From sequence record SRR20825006_660: DNA of 46,521 nt; one strand, given 5' to 3'. The notes beneath the pieces were generated by a model. It was not told the DNA's origin. It made no database searches and saw only the letters and a program-made list of their open reading frames with translations. Every line of letters starts with the position of its first letter. The first letter of the stretch is position 1. Positions 7,968-18,199 of this stretch are shown here, piece by piece. The position numbers were made by a program, and so were the translations under genes.

Positions 7968-9655
7968 ATCCCTTTTGGGATTGAATTAATAAGGGCTTGC
8001 GTATAATCGCTTTGAGGAGCAGCGTACACCGCATCGGCCTCTCCCGTTTCTTCAAATTGTCCGTTGCGCATTACAAGTAAACGATCTGAAATGTATTTGA
8101 CCACAGCAAGGTCGTGAGAGATAAATAAATACGTAAAATTATACTCTTCTTTTAAGGTGTTCAGAAGATTGAGCACTTGAGCTTGCACCGAAATATCTAA
8201 AGCGGAGACCGACTCGTCACAAACAATAAATTTAGGCTTTACAGCGATGGTACGTGCGATACCTATACGCTGGCGCTGACCTCCACTAAACTCGTGCGGA
8301 TAGCGGTCATAATGCTCTGGAAGTAATCCTACCTGCTCCAGCAATTTTAAGGCTTCTGCTTTGCGCTCTTTTTTAGATGCATAAAGTTTATGAACTTCCA
8401 TCGCTTCGATGATCGCGTGACCCACTGTTAATCGCGGATTTAAAGAGGAATATGGATCCTGAAAAATGATTTGAATATCCCTTCGCAGTTTCCGCAATTC
8501 ACGGGTTTTTAATCGCGTCAAGTCGGTACCCTGATAAAAGATATGACCGGAAGTCACTTGATCCAATTGAAGAATTAAATTACCTAACGTAGACTTTCCG
8601 CAGCCGCTTTCGCCCACAAGCCCTAAGGTTTCGCCTTCGTAAATCTTAAAACTCACATCATTTACAGCCTTGATGGTTTCTTTTTTTCCAAAGAATGAAA
8701 CGTTACTATAATACTCCTTTTGAGCATTTTTAATCTCAAGCAACGGAGTTTTTGAATACAGTTTTTGGTGTTTCGCTGTTCTTACCGCCTCGCTTACCGC
8801 AGGCGCCATTGGCTTTTGATTTAAAAAATCAGCAACCGTGGGTAGGCGCTCCAAACGCTCTTTTGTAGAGGGCCGGGCATAAATAAGGGCTTTAGTGTAT
8901 TCTTCCTGAGGATTATTAAAAATAGATGCAGCACTACCGCGCTCAACAATTTTGCCCTTATACATTACAATGACACGATCTGCGATCTCGCTCACAAGCG
9001 AAAGGTCGTGTGAAATAAACAGGATACTCATTCCTGTTTCCTTTTGAAGCTCTCTTAAGAGCAGAATAATTTCTTTTTGCACCGTTACATCAAGCGCGGT
9101 CGTAGGTTCGTCTGCGATGAGCAATTTAGGTTTACAGGCGATCGCCATTGCGATCATCACGCGTTGTTTTTGACCGCCGCTTATTTCGTGTGGATACGCC
9201 TTAAAAACGCTCGCCGGTCTTGGTAATTTTACCTGTTCAAAAAGTTTGAGTGTTTCGGTTTTGGCTTCTTGGGCTGATATTTTTTTATGCCGTTGCAGTA
9301 TTTCGGTGACTTGTCTTCCGCAGCGCATTGAAGGGTTGAGCGAACTCATAGGCTCTTGGAAGATCATTGAGATCGCGTTGCCGCGTATTTCCTGAAGTTC
9401 TTGCGTAGAATAGTTGAGCAAATCTGCGCCTTCAAAAAGAATTTCGCCCGAAGAAATGTCAACACTCTTTTGAGGCAATAAACCTAAAACAGCCAGATTG
9501 GTTACCGATTTTCCTGAGCCTGATTCCCCAACGATTCCCACGATTTCATTAGGAAGAACATCAAAACTAATGTCGTGTAAAACCGCATTGGTGGTGTTAC
9601 GGGATTTAAATCCCAGACTTAGATTTTTAATCGAAAGAAGTGGCGCTTGATTCAC
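7964..9655 (-). CDS. ABC transporter ATP-binding protein, fused DppD/DppF-type double ATPase
   Basis: Two Walker A motifs (GESGSGKS, GESGCGKS), two signatures (ISGGQ, FSGGQ), DEPTTALD/DESVSALD. Confidence 0.92.
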   Translation of the reverse strand: MNQAPLLSIKNLSLGFKSRNTTNAVLHDISFDVLPNEIVGIVGESGSGKSVTNLAVLGLLPQKSVDISSGEILFEGADLLNYSTQELQEIRGNAISMIFQEPMSSLNPSMRCGRQVTEILQRHKKISAQEAKTETLKLFEQVKLPRPASVFKAYPHEISGGQKQRVMIAMAIACKPKLLIADEPTTALDVTVQKEIILLLRELQKETGMSILFISHDLSLVSEIADRVIVMYKGKIVERGSAASIFNNPQEEYTKALIYARPSTKERLERLPTVADFLNQKPMAPAVSEAVRTAKHQKLYSKTPLLEIKNAQKEYYSNVSFFGKKETIKAVNDVSFKIYEGETLGLVGESGCGKSTLGNLILQLDQVTSGHIFYQGTDLTRLKTRELRKLRRDIQIIFQDPYSSLNPRLTVGHAIIEAMEVHKLYASKKERKAEALKLLEQVGLLPEHYDRYPHEFSGGQRQRIGIARTIAVKPKFIVCDESVSALDISVQAQVLNLLNTLKEEYNFTYLFISHDLAVVKYISDRLLVMRNGQFEETGEADAVYAAPQSDYTQALINSIPKGI

Positions 9656-9685
9656 ATTTTAAAAGTACAATTTATCTGAAGCAAT

Positions 9686-10399
9686 CTAGACGGAAGTGAC
9701 CTCGTTTTCTTGCAGCAATTGCTCGTTACGCAACCGCAGGACGATTTGTGCAACAGCCACCACATCACGCTCACAATATTCTATAATACGTTTGATATCA
9801 TTCTCTTTGTAGAAAACTTCACAAACCTGACTGCCGTCGATATCGGTTTTGGGAGATGGAATATTTAAAATTTTGGTGAGTAATTTTAAAGAAGTGTAAT
9901 GTTTGTAGTCGCCAAATTTCCACAGTTCTAACGTATCTAAATGCGGAACTTCCCAAGGTTTCTTTCCGAATAAATCCAGCTTAAACGGAAGCTTTATTCC
10001 GTTGATGATCATTCTTCTTGCAATAAATGGAAAATCAAATTCTTTCCCATTATGGGCGCAAAGTACGTGTTGCGGTTTATTGTAATGCTCGGTCAATAGT
10101 TTCTTAAAAGCCAGCAGCTGCTGCTTTTCATCCCCGTGAAATGAGGTCGTTCTAAAGCTTCGGCCTTGTTCTGTGTTGTGAAAATATCCTACAGAAATAC
10201 AAACGATCTTACCAAATTCTGCCCAGATTCCTGCCCGGTCGTAAAAAGCTTCAGCGGTAAATTCGTCTTTTCGTTGATACTCTGTTTTATCGGCGTAAAG
10301 CTGTTGCAATTCGGGATCCAAATCGCTGAAATGCTCGTGCTGCGGAACCGTTTCAATATCTAAAAAAAGAATGTTTTCAAGCTGAAGTCGGGAGATCAT
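9686..10399 (-). CDS. PolB-like DEDD 3'-5' exonuclease
   Basis: FLDIET, HNGKEFDFPF, YCERDV ExoI-III motifs; ATG at 10399. Confidence 0.88.
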   Translation of the reverse strand: MISRLQLENILFLDIETVPQHEHFSDLDPELQQLYADKTEYQRKDEFTAEAFYDRAGIWAEFGKIVCISVGYFHNTEQGRSFRTTSFHGDEKQQLLAFKKLLTEHYNKPQHVLCAHNGKEFDFPFIARRMIINGIKLPFKLDLFGKKPWEVPHLDTLELWKFGDYKHYTSLKLLTKILNIPSPKTDIDGSQVCEVFYKENDIKRIIEYCERDVVAVAQIVLRLRNEQLLQENEVTSV

Positions 10400-10401
10400 A
10401 G

Positions 10402-11541
10402 TCAATTCATTTTATAAGCTTCTTCAAGATAGGCGTCCATTTCATCAGGATAACCGGTCGCATTGGTTTTACCGCGGCTGTGGCCCAGGCGCACGACAAT
10501 AAGGTCATCTTCAGGAATCACCATCACATACTGACCCAAGTGCCCGCGCATCATAAATACCTTTTTATCCTTAAAATCTTTCAGCCAAAATCCGTAGCCG
10601 TACGGTTCGCCTTCAAATCTGGGCATGATCGACTTGGCTACAAACGCGGAGTCTAGAATTTGTTGGCCATTCCATTCACCATAATCTTTATACAGTTTTC
10701 CTAAACGCGCAAAATCGCGAGCGTTAGAAGCGATACAGCAATAGGCTTTGACGAGGCCGCCTTCTTCACTGTCTAATTGCCAAAGCGCATCTTGGTTGGC
10801 GCCAAGCGGTTTCCATAAACTTTCAGAAAGATAATCGGCTAGTTTTTTACCGGTGGCGCGCTCTAAAACCATCGCGAGTAATTGCGTGTTTCCGCTGAGG
10901 TATTTATACGCGGCTCCCGGTTTTTCTTTCATTCCCAACCCGAGCATCACGGGTTCTAGATGGTCATCAAAATACGCACGCGTGGTTACAGAAAACGGAC
11001 TGTAATACGACTCGTCCCAATTGAGTCCGCTGGCCATCGATGCTAAATCGCCCACGGTCATTTGCGCTGCAGTTCCTTCTGAATATTCTGAAATAAAATT
11101 ACCTACAGGCTGATCTAAACTTTTTATGTAACCATCTTTAATAGCTTTCCCCAACAATGCCGAAACATAACTTTTGGCCATCGAAAAAGAATTGCTTTTA
11201 GAATCCTGACCAAACCCATCATAATAATCTTCAAAAACAATACTGTCGTTTTTGATCACCATATAGGCAATCGAACCAAACTCTTTATGAATCTGCATCA
11301 ATTCATCGCTCAAGCTGTAGCTGTTGTAGTTTTTAGCTTGTGGCCAGGGCTGAGCAGTTCCGGCTTCTATGGTGGTGTTGTCAAACTTTTTATAATCCTC
11401 GAGGTAGGCCGTGGTGTGACCCGTGAAATATATTGTGCGCACGGCTTTGATCAAATAGTCGTAATCAAACACATACAATGCGATGATGAGTATGAGGATC
11501 AGGCTGATTAAGCTTAAAAAGAAGCGTTTGAGTATTTTCAT
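10402..11541 (-). CDS. Serine hydrolase, beta-lactamase/class C family, membrane anchored
   Basis: SMAK catalytic SxxK, Y-x-S motif (YLSGNT), MRGHLGQ; N-terminal TM helix. Confidence 0.88.
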   Translation of the reverse strand: MKILKRFFLSLISLILILIIALYVFDYDYLIKAVRTIYFTGHTTAYLEDYKKFDNTTIEAGTAQPWPQAKNYNSYSLSDELMQIHKEFGSIAYMVIKNDSIVFEDYYDGFGQDSKSNSFSMAKSYVSALLGKAIKDGYIKSLDQPVGNFISEYSEGTAAQMTVGDLASMASGLNWDESYYSPFSVTTRAYFDDHLEPVMLGLGMKEKPGAAYKYLSGNTQLLAMVLERATGKKLADYLSESLWKPLGANQDALWQLDSEEGGLVKAYCCIASNARDFARLGKLYKDYGEWNGQQILDSAFVAKSIMPRFEGEPYGYGFWLKDFKDKKVFMMRGHLGQYVMVIPEDDLIVVRLGHSRGKTNATGYPDEMDAYLEEAYKMN

Positions 11542-11577
11542 AACTTAAAGATACCCAAAAAAATAAATGCGGAACGT

Positions 11578-12051
11578 TTAGAAAAGCGATTGCTGCGTCA
11601 CCGGACTTTCGTGCGCTAATAACCATTTTTTACGCCAGATGCCGCCTGCGTAGCCGGTCATAGATTGATCGCTGCCAATGACGCGATGACAAGGAATGAT
11701 GATTGCAATAGGATTTTTACCATTTGCCGAAGCAGCTGCGCGAATCACTTTAGGATCGCCCAGATTTTTAGCCATTTGCAAATAGGAAGTGGTCTTTCCG
11801 AAGGGAATCTGGCTGAGTTCTTGCCAAACGCGTTTTTGAAAATCGGTGCCTTGAGGATTCAGTTTGAGGTCAAAATGAGTGCGATTTCCTTTAAAATATT
11901 CTTGGAGTTGCGATACAGCAGAAGTTAAAGCTTCCGGAATTTTTTCGCTCTGCGGAAATTCATCCTCCAAAAAAGTTACCGATGAGATTCCGTTTAGATC
12001 ACTGCTGATTTCAAGCGTTCCCAATGGAGAAGCTATAAAGACTTGATTCAT
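11578..12051 (-). CDS. ogt: Methylated-DNA-protein-cysteine S-methyltransferase
   Basis: GTDFQKRVW and IIPCHRV active-site motif. Confidence 0.93.
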   Translation of the reverse strand: MNQVFIASPLGTLEISSDLNGISSVTFLEDEFPQSEKIPEALTSAVSQLQEYFKGNRTHFDLKLNPQGTDFQKRVWQELSQIPFGKTTSYLQMAKNLGDPKVIRAAASANGKNPIAIIIPCHRVIGSDQSMTGYAGGIWRKKWLLAHESPVTQQSLF

Positions 12052-13226
12052 TCTGAAGGTTTATCAGTATCCGGTCTGTCTTCGTGTTTGACATCGGTGT
12101 CGTGCTGCGGAGAAAGTTTTACCTCTTTAACCGGTTCCGGAGCTCGGTCTAAAACGATCCCCATACGTTTTGCGCGTCGTTCCCAGTTTTTACGTGCTTG
12201 TACCTGCATATCTTCGATATCATCGCTCTCATCCATAATCTCGAGTCCTAGAAGGGTCTCGATGATGTCTTCCATAGTGACGATACCAATGGTGTTTCCA
12301 AATTCATCGGTGACTAAAGCCAAGTGCCCGCGACTCGAAACAAAGGTGTCAAAAAGCTGTGGAATAGGTTGATCTGCATCTACGATCAAAATATCACGTC
12401 TGATGTCTGCTAGCGTTTTTTCACCGCGTTCTTCAACAATTTCTTCAAGAACATCGTCCTTAAGAATAAAACCGGTGATGTTATGCGATTTGTCTTTAAA
12501 AACCGGAATTCGTGAAAATTTTAAATGAGGGTGTTGCTTCTGAAATTCTTTGAGGGTAATGGTCTCATCTTCTGAAATAACCACCGGAAAAGGCGTCATC
12601 ACGTCTTTGGCCATCACCGATTTGAAAACCAGCAAGTTCTTAATTACAGTAGTCTCATTGTCCTCAAAAACCCCTTCTTTTTCGGCAGCATCAGTGAGTG
12701 CCATAAACTCTTCACGACTCATCGTACCTACGTGTGCAGATTTCCCTACGAGTTTGGTCACTTGCATTAAAAGCCATAAAACGCCGGTGTATTTTAAAAG
12801 AAGCAAAATGATCTTAAGTGATTTTGCGGTGAAATTCCCTAAGGATTTCCAGTAGGTTGCGCCAATGGTTTTAGGGATAATTTCTGAAAGAACTAAGATC
12901 GCCAAGGTCATTACTGTTGAAACCAAACCAACAAAATTGATTCCTAAGATGTTGACATCGTAGCCAGATTCTGCAGCCATTTTACCGGCTTGATCGCCCA
13001 CTAAGATCGCACCTACGGTATGCGCGATCGTATTTAAAGTGAGAATAGCGATAAGTGGCTTGTCGATATCCTTTTTAAAATTGGCTAAGGTTTCGGCATA
13101 TTTTTTCCCCTCTTTGGTTTTAATTCTGATAAAACTAGGTGTTATACTGAGTAAAACAGCCTCAAGAATAGAGCAGAGAAACGAGAAAAAAATCGATATA
13201 AATGCAAAAGCGATGAGTAGCAGCAT
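12048..13226 (-). CDS. CNNM (DUF21) plus CBS-pair membrane protein (CorC/hemolysin family)
   Basis: SFLCSILEA, SEIIPK, tandem CBS (FSRIPV, DEFG..GIVTMEDIIE). Confidence 0.9.
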   Translation of the reverse strand: MLLLIAFAFISIFFSFLCSILEAVLLSITPSFIRIKTKEGKKYAETLANFKKDIDKPLIAILTLNTIAHTVGAILVGDQAGKMAAESGYDVNILGINFVGLVSTVMTLAILVLSEIIPKTIGATYWKSLGNFTAKSLKIILLLLKYTGVLWLLMQVTKLVGKSAHVGTMSREEFMALTDAAEKEGVFEDNETTVIKNLLVFKSVMAKDVMTPFPVVISEDETITLKEFQKQHPHLKFSRIPVFKDKSHNITGFILKDDVLEEIVEERGEKTLADIRRDILIVDADQPIPQLFDTFVSSRGHLALVTDEFGNTIGIVTMEDIIETLLGLEIMDESDDIEDMQVQARKNWERRAKRMGIVLDRAPEPVKEVKLSPQHDTDVKHEDRPDTDKPSE

Positions 13227-13304
13227 AGTGTCTTAAGATATAGGCTAATATACCATATTGAAAAACGTGCGCCAAAAACTTATGAAAAGCTTAGGGGAAA
13301 ACAT

Positions 13305-13332
13305 AAAAAAGAGGCTTCTTAAGCCTCTTTTT
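13305..13332 (-). terminator. Intrinsic terminator after hemB
   Basis: AAAAAAGAGGCTT-ctt-AAGCCTCTTTTT. Confidence 0.82.
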
Positions 13333-13341
13333 ATTTTCAGT

Positions 13342-14331
13342 CTAAGAAATCAATTTCACTACATCTTTAGCAAAATAACTCGCGATAAGGTCTGCGCCGG
13401 CGCGTTTGATAGCGTAGGTTTGTTCAAGAACTACAGCGTCGTGATCAAGCCAACCTCTTTCGGCAGCGGCTTTGATCATTGCATATTCACCACTTACCTG
13501 ATACACAGAAACAGGAATATTCACCGCATTTTTAATATCGCGTACGATATCCAGATAACAAAGACCCGGTTTTACCATCACGATGTCTGCACCCTCGTCA
13601 ACGTCCATCAAGGTTTCTTTGATCGCTTCTTCGCGGTTGGCGTAATCCATCTGATAGGTTTTTTTATCTTTTGGAACATCTTTAAGATCTACCGGAGCAC
13701 TGTCAAGCGCATCTCTAAACGGACCGTAAAACGCCGAAGCATATTTCGCAGAATAACTCATAATCCCAACATCATGATGCCCTTCATCTTCAAGAAGGGT
13801 GCGCATTTCAAAAATGCGACCATCCATCATATCGCTGGGCGCAATAAAGTCAGCACCGGCATTGGCGTGTGATAATCCCATCTCGGCAAGAACCGCACTC
13901 GAGTCGTCGTTGATGATCTTTCCGCCGCCTACGATTCCGTCGTGACCAAAAGAAGAGAAGGGGTCAAGCGCAACATCGGTCATGACTACCATTTGTGGTT
14001 CGGTTTCCTTTACGGTTTTGATGGCGCGCTGCATCAATCCGTCTGGATTTAGCGCTTCGGTACCGGCGTTGTCTTTTAATTTATCGTCAACTTTCACAAA
14101 AAGCAAAACGCTTTTAAGGCCCATTTTCCAGAGTTCTTTAATCTCCTTCTGAAGATTATCTAAACTCAAGCGGTAATAGCCCGGCATTGATGCGATTTCG
14201 TCTTTTACACCTTTTCCTTCTACCACAAAAAGCGGAACGATAAAATCACTTGGGGTTACGATGGTCTCACGCACCATTGCGCGTAAAGCTTCTGAAGTAC
14301 GTAATCTTCTATTTCTTCTTAATGGGAACAT
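13342..14331 (-). CDS. hemB: Porphobilinogen synthase
   Basis: APSDMMDGR, SAKYASAFYGPFRDA, MVKP, YQVSGEY. Confidence 0.96.
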   Translation of the reverse strand: MFPLRRNRRLRTSEALRAMVRETIVTPSDFIVPLFVVEGKGVKDEIASMPGYYRLSLDNLQKEIKELWKMGLKSVLLFVKVDDKLKDNAGTEALNPDGLMQRAIKTVKETEPQMVVMTDVALDPFSSFGHDGIVGGGKIINDDSSAVLAEMGLSHANAGADFIAPSDMMDGRIFEMRTLLEDEGHHDVGIMSYSAKYASAFYGPFRDALDSAPVDLKDVPKDKKTYQMDYANREEAIKETLMDVDEGADIVMVKPGLCYLDIVRDIKNAVNIPVSVYQVSGEYAMIKAAAERGWLDHDAVVLEQTYAIKRAGADLIASYFAKDVVKLIS

Positions 14332-14365
14332 AATATTCTTTTTACTTAATTCTTATTACAATTTT

Positions 14366-15268
14366 TTACACCCAATCCTTAGGATTCTCTAAAACGTCTA
14401 CCAGTTGCGCTTCGGGGCTTCCCGGCTCGGGATGGTGATCGTAGCGCCACTGCACCGCCGGGGGAAGACTCATCAAAATACTTTCAATTCTTCCGTTAGT
14501 TTTTAGCCCGAAAAGTGTGCCTTTGTCGTGAACAAGATTGAATTCTACATAACGACCGCGGCGCACTTCTTGCCAATCACGCTCTTTTTCGCCGTAGGCT
14601 AGATCTTTTCGCTTTTCTAAAATAGGAGCGTAGGCCGTGAGAAAACTATCGCCAACCTCGGTCACGAAGTTGTACCAGTCTTGCATTGAGCGTTCATCGG
14701 TAGCTTTGAGGTAGTCAAAAAATAAGCCGCCAAGACCACGGGCTTCCCCGCGATGACTGTTGTAAAAATACTCGTCACAACGCTTTTTATACTGCGGGTA
14801 AAACTCCGGATCATGCTTGTCACAAGCTGTTTTACACGTCTGGTGAAAATGCTGCGCATCTTCTTCACAAAGATAATAAGGCGTTAAATCTTGCCCGCCA
14901 CCAAACCAAGAATCTACAAGGTTTCCGGCTTTGTCAAGCATTTCAAAATACCGCCAATTGGCGTGTACTGTAGGCGCATAAGGATTTTTAGGATGAATGA
15001 CGAGACTGAGTCCGCACGCAAAAAAATCAACGTCACCTACCTTAAAATACTGTTGCATCGCCGGGGCTAGTGGGCCGTGCACTTCAGAAATATTAACGCC
15101 GCCTTTCTCGATCACATTTCCATTCTCGATCACTCGGGTGCGGCCACCGCCACCTTCTTCACGTTGCCAAAGATCTTCTTTAAAGGTAGCCTTGCCGTCA
15201 ATAGCTTCAAGCTTTGCGGTAATCTGGTCTTGCAGGTTTTTTATATAGCTAACAAACTGTTCTCTCAT
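14366..15268 (-). CDS. hemF: Oxygen-dependent coproporphyrinogen III oxidase
   Basis: EKGGVN, HPKNP, WFGGGQDLTP, RRGRYVEFNL, SILMSLPP. Confidence 0.96.
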   Translation of the reverse strand: MREQFVSYIKNLQDQITAKLEAIDGKATFKEDLWQREEGGGGRTRVIENGNVIEKGGVNISEVHGPLAPAMQQYFKVGDVDFFACGLSLVIHPKNPYAPTVHANWRYFEMLDKAGNLVDSWFGGGQDLTPYYLCEEDAQHFHQTCKTACDKHDPEFYPQYKKRCDEYFYNSHRGEARGLGGLFFDYLKATDERSMQDWYNFVTEVGDSFLTAYAPILEKRKDLAYGEKERDWQEVRRGRYVEFNLVHDKGTLFGLKTNGRIESILMSLPPAVQWRYDHHPEPGSPEAQLVDVLENPKDWV

Positions 15269-15286
15269 AAAATTTTATTTGTGGTC

Positions 15287-15913
15287 TTAACGCGTGGCAA
15301 TAGAAGATTTTTGTGCACGATTAATGAGTTTGACCTCAATTAATGCTAGAATTAAATAATAAACACAACCAAGACATAAAGCTGTTTTGGGATCTTCGTT
15401 GAAAAGTCCGCCACTACTGTTTTGTTCAAAATACCCCGATTGTCTTAAAAAGGGTTCATTTAAACCTAAATCGGGTAAAATAGATTGGCTAAACAGGACT
15501 ACAAATATCAAAACAAAATAGATGCCTGCCGCCAGAATAGAGGTTAAAATAGCCCGGGAGCGTATCGCTTCGGAAACATCAGAAAACGCAAAACGCATTC
15601 TGTTTAGCATAATGAGCAAATAGCTGACAATGATAAAAGGGTTGTTTCCGGCTTTAAAAAATCCGTAAGCGAAAACGCCGTAAAAGGGAAAAAACAGGAA
15701 CAAGGACATCTTACGGGGTGCCAGCGCCATAAAAACACCACTATGTACCAGAATAAATTCAAAAGTTATAAAAAGCGTAAGCGTGGTAATGGTATCAATA
15801 TCCCCATACTGCGGCCAGCACCAGAATTTAAAATATTGAAAGGCCAGCAAAAGATTCATGGCCACGCCGGTGTAGACTAATGAAGTGTCATATTTTTCTA
15901 AAATACGCATCAT
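15287..15913 (-). CDS. Hypothetical multi-pass membrane protein
   Basis: 208-aa ORF with several hydrophobic helices; ATGA overlap with the upstream gene. Confidence 0.75.
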   Translation of the reverse strand: MMRILEKYDTSLVYTGVAMNLLLAFQYFKFWCWPQYGDIDTITTLTLFITFEFILVHSGVFMALAPRKMSLFLFFPFYGVFAYGFFKAGNNPFIIVSYLLIMLNRMRFAFSDVSEAIRSRAILTSILAAGIYFVLIFVVLFSQSILPDLGLNEPFLRQSGYFEQNSSGGLFNEDPKTALCLGCVYYLILALIEVKLINRAQKSSIATR

Positions 15914-16650
15914 AGACTTTGCTTTTTAAGAAGCTGAAGGGTAGTCGTACTTGCTGCAGTTACCGAAATAGGCAACACCAAAATAATTCCCACAAACGGA
16001 ATGAGCAGAAACAGCATAAAAACGATACCGTTTCCGGTGGCAAACCCGCGATGCGCTTTAACAAAGTTGATGCTTTCGCGATAGCTAAAATGGCGCTCCA
16101 GCGTATAATCCATATTCCCAAAACCGGCATAATAGGCCTGAATCAGAAAGAGACTTGCTGTTGCCAAAACACCAACAATAGGAATCAGACTCAAAAGCAA
16201 AAAAGGAATGCTCAAAAGTAGTTCCCAGGCTAAATTGCGCAGGTTGATCTTAAGACCGCGTAAAAGCTGACTCGCATTTGAAGTGTTGCGATGTTGATGC
16301 ACATTAGCATATAAATGGGCTTCTATTTTCTCTGAAACCGGACTCATAAACGGAGCGGACAAGGCCATTACAATGTGTTTGTAAGCGATGAGGCCGAGAG
16401 CAATGATGAGGAGCGCGCCGGCGATAGTGCTTATGGTGCGTACAGTGCTGGCTCCCCATTCCCAAATCCATAAGGAAGAAATCAGGCCTCCAAGATCGTC
16501 AGAAAAGCCATATGCACTAAAGCCAATTTTTAAAGCCGTAATAAAGCTAATGAGCATGGGGACTGCAAAATATTTCCACAGGTTTAGCTTACTTATGAGC
16601 GGCAGCGCATCTTTGTAAGCTAGGAGTCCGTTGAGCAATGCTTTAATCAT
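15910..16650 (-). CDS. EI24/CysZ-like membrane protein
   Basis: APFMSPVSEKIE, GFGNMDYTLERH, LIPFVG pattern typical of EI24-domain proteins. Confidence 0.8.
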   Translation of the reverse strand: MIKALLNGLLAYKDALPLISKLNLWKYFAVPMLISFITALKIGFSAYGFSDDLGGLISSLWIWEWGASTVRTISTIAGALLIIALGLIAYKHIVMALSAPFMSPVSEKIEAHLYANVHQHRNTSNASQLLRGLKINLRNLAWELLLSIPFLLLSLIPIVGVLATASLFLIQAYYAGFGNMDYTLERHFSYRESINFVKAHRGFATGNGIVFMLFLLIPFVGIILVLPISVTAASTTTLQLLKKQSL

Positions 16651-17138
16651 GACTTAGGAATATAAACCAATCTATTTTGGTGATTTTCTGCTTCGGCAGG
16701 ACTGGCTATTGCGATCGCATTTTCGGCAGCTTCTCGTAAAAAATGAATTGCTTCAGCTTCGGGTCTGTTTGCAAACATGCGAAGGGCTTGAATACCAAAT
16801 GCATTATTATGCAAATCCATCACACGATCCATTTTTCGGTTTACAAAAAGTTCTTCATGTAAATCTGTAAAACGCTGTGCCCAATCTTGCGCCTGGCGCA
16901 GGCTTTGTGTTTTTTTGTACACCGCCTGGCCTAGAAGAACATTCCAAACGGCGTGTCTAAACGCATTTGCTTTATTGCTTTTATGGTGGGTATTCCCGTA
17001 GTATTTAGTGGCGATGCTCAAGGCTTTTTTAGAGGCCTTTGCCGTCAAAAAAACGTATGCCGGGTTTTGAACAAAAAGACCCGCCAGCTTAAAAAGCTGA
17101 GAAAAACTCAATCCTTTTAAACGGGCAAGTATGCTCAT
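16647..17138 (-). CDS. Hypothetical protein, DUF6973-like
   Basis: NAFRHAVW ... HE ... MDLHNN motif. Confidence 0.7.
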   Translation of the reverse strand: MSILARLKGLSFSQLFKLAGLFVQNPAYVFLTAKASKKALSIATKYYGNTHHKSNKANAFRHAVWNVLLGQAVYKKTQSLRQAQDWAQRFTDLHEELFVNRKMDRVMDLHNNAFGIQALRMFANRPEAEAIHFLREAAENAIAIASPAEAENHQNRLVYIPKS

Positions 17139-18166
17139 CGCTCAGCTTTGTATTCTTTTACGGCTTCAATAAACGCACCGGCATTTTCTAGCGGAATATT
17201 CGGTAGAATACCATGGCCTAGATTCACAATGTATTTGTCTTTTCCAAAAGCGTCAATCATTTCGGTAACCATACGTTTTATTTCCGCAGGAGGCGAAAAC
17301 AAGCGCGTAGGATCAAAGTTTCCTTGAAGCGTAATGTTGCCTCCGGTTAAGTAGCGCGCATTACGTGGGCTGCACGTCCAATCTACACCTAATGCCGAAG
17401 CACCACTTTTTGCCATTTCGCCTAGCGCAAACCAGCAGCCTTTTCCGAAGGCAATCACCGGAATTTCTTCTTTTAAAGCATCAATGATCTGCTGAATGTA
17501 TTGCCAGCTGAATTCTTGATAATCTACAGGAGAGAGCATTCCGCCCCAGCTGTCAAAAACCTGAACGGCATTTACCCCAGCTTTTACTTTCTCTTTTAAA
17601 TATAAAATTGTGGTGTCTGTGATTTTCTGAAGCAGTGCGTGTGCAGCTTCAGGTTGGGTAAAACAAAACTCTTTTGCGATATCAAAGTTTTTTGAACCTT
17701 GACCTTGCACACAATAGCACAAGATCGTCCATGGACTACCGGCAAAACCAATCAACGGAATCTCGTCGTTGAGTTTTTCCTTAGTCATTTTAATGGCGTC
17801 CATCACATAACCCAGTGTGTCGTTAATATCTGGTACGATCACACGCTCTAGGTCTTTGTAAGAACGAATAGGATCTGGCAACCACGGCCCGATGCCCGGC
17901 TTCATCTCCACGTGAATATTCATCGCCTGCGGAATTACCAAAATATCGCTGAATAAAATCGCGGCGTCCATCCCATAACGACGAATGGGTTGCACGGTGA
18001 TCTCACTGGCAAGCTCTGGAGTTTGGCAACGAGTAAAAAAGTCGTATTTCGCTTTGATCTCTTGAAATTCGGGTAAATAACGCCCCGCTTGACGCATCAT
18101 CCACACCGGAGGGCGCTCTACCGTTTCTCCTTTTAATGCTCTTAAAAATAAATCGTTCTTGATCAT
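17135..18166 (-). CDS. hemE: Uroporphyrinogen decarboxylase
   Basis: [36 protein letters not shown] at 18166 (MIKNDLFL). Confidence 0.96.
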   Translation of the reverse strand: MIKNDLFLRALKGETVERPPVWMMRQAGRYLPEFQEIKAKYDFFTRCQTPELASEITVQPIRRYGMDAAILFSDILVIPQAMNIHVEMKPGIGPWLPDPIRSYKDLERVIVPDINDTLGYVMDAIKMTKEKLNDEIPLIGFAGSPWTILCYCVQGQGSKNFDIAKEFCFTQPEAAHALLQKITDTTILYLKEKVKAGVNAVQVFDSWGGMLSPVDYQEFSWQYIQQIIDALKEEIPVIAFGKGCWFALGEMAKSGASALGVDWTCSPRNARYLTGGNITLQGNFDPTRLFSPPAEIKRMVTEMIDAFGKDKYIVNLGHGILPNIPLENAGAFIEAVKEYKAER

Positions 18167-18199
18167 AATAGTTTCTTGTCGTCTCGAGCGCACCCGAGG

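Noticed and set aside
13258-13872. 204-aa plus-strand ORF
   Set aside because: Antisense shadow of hemB; no motif.
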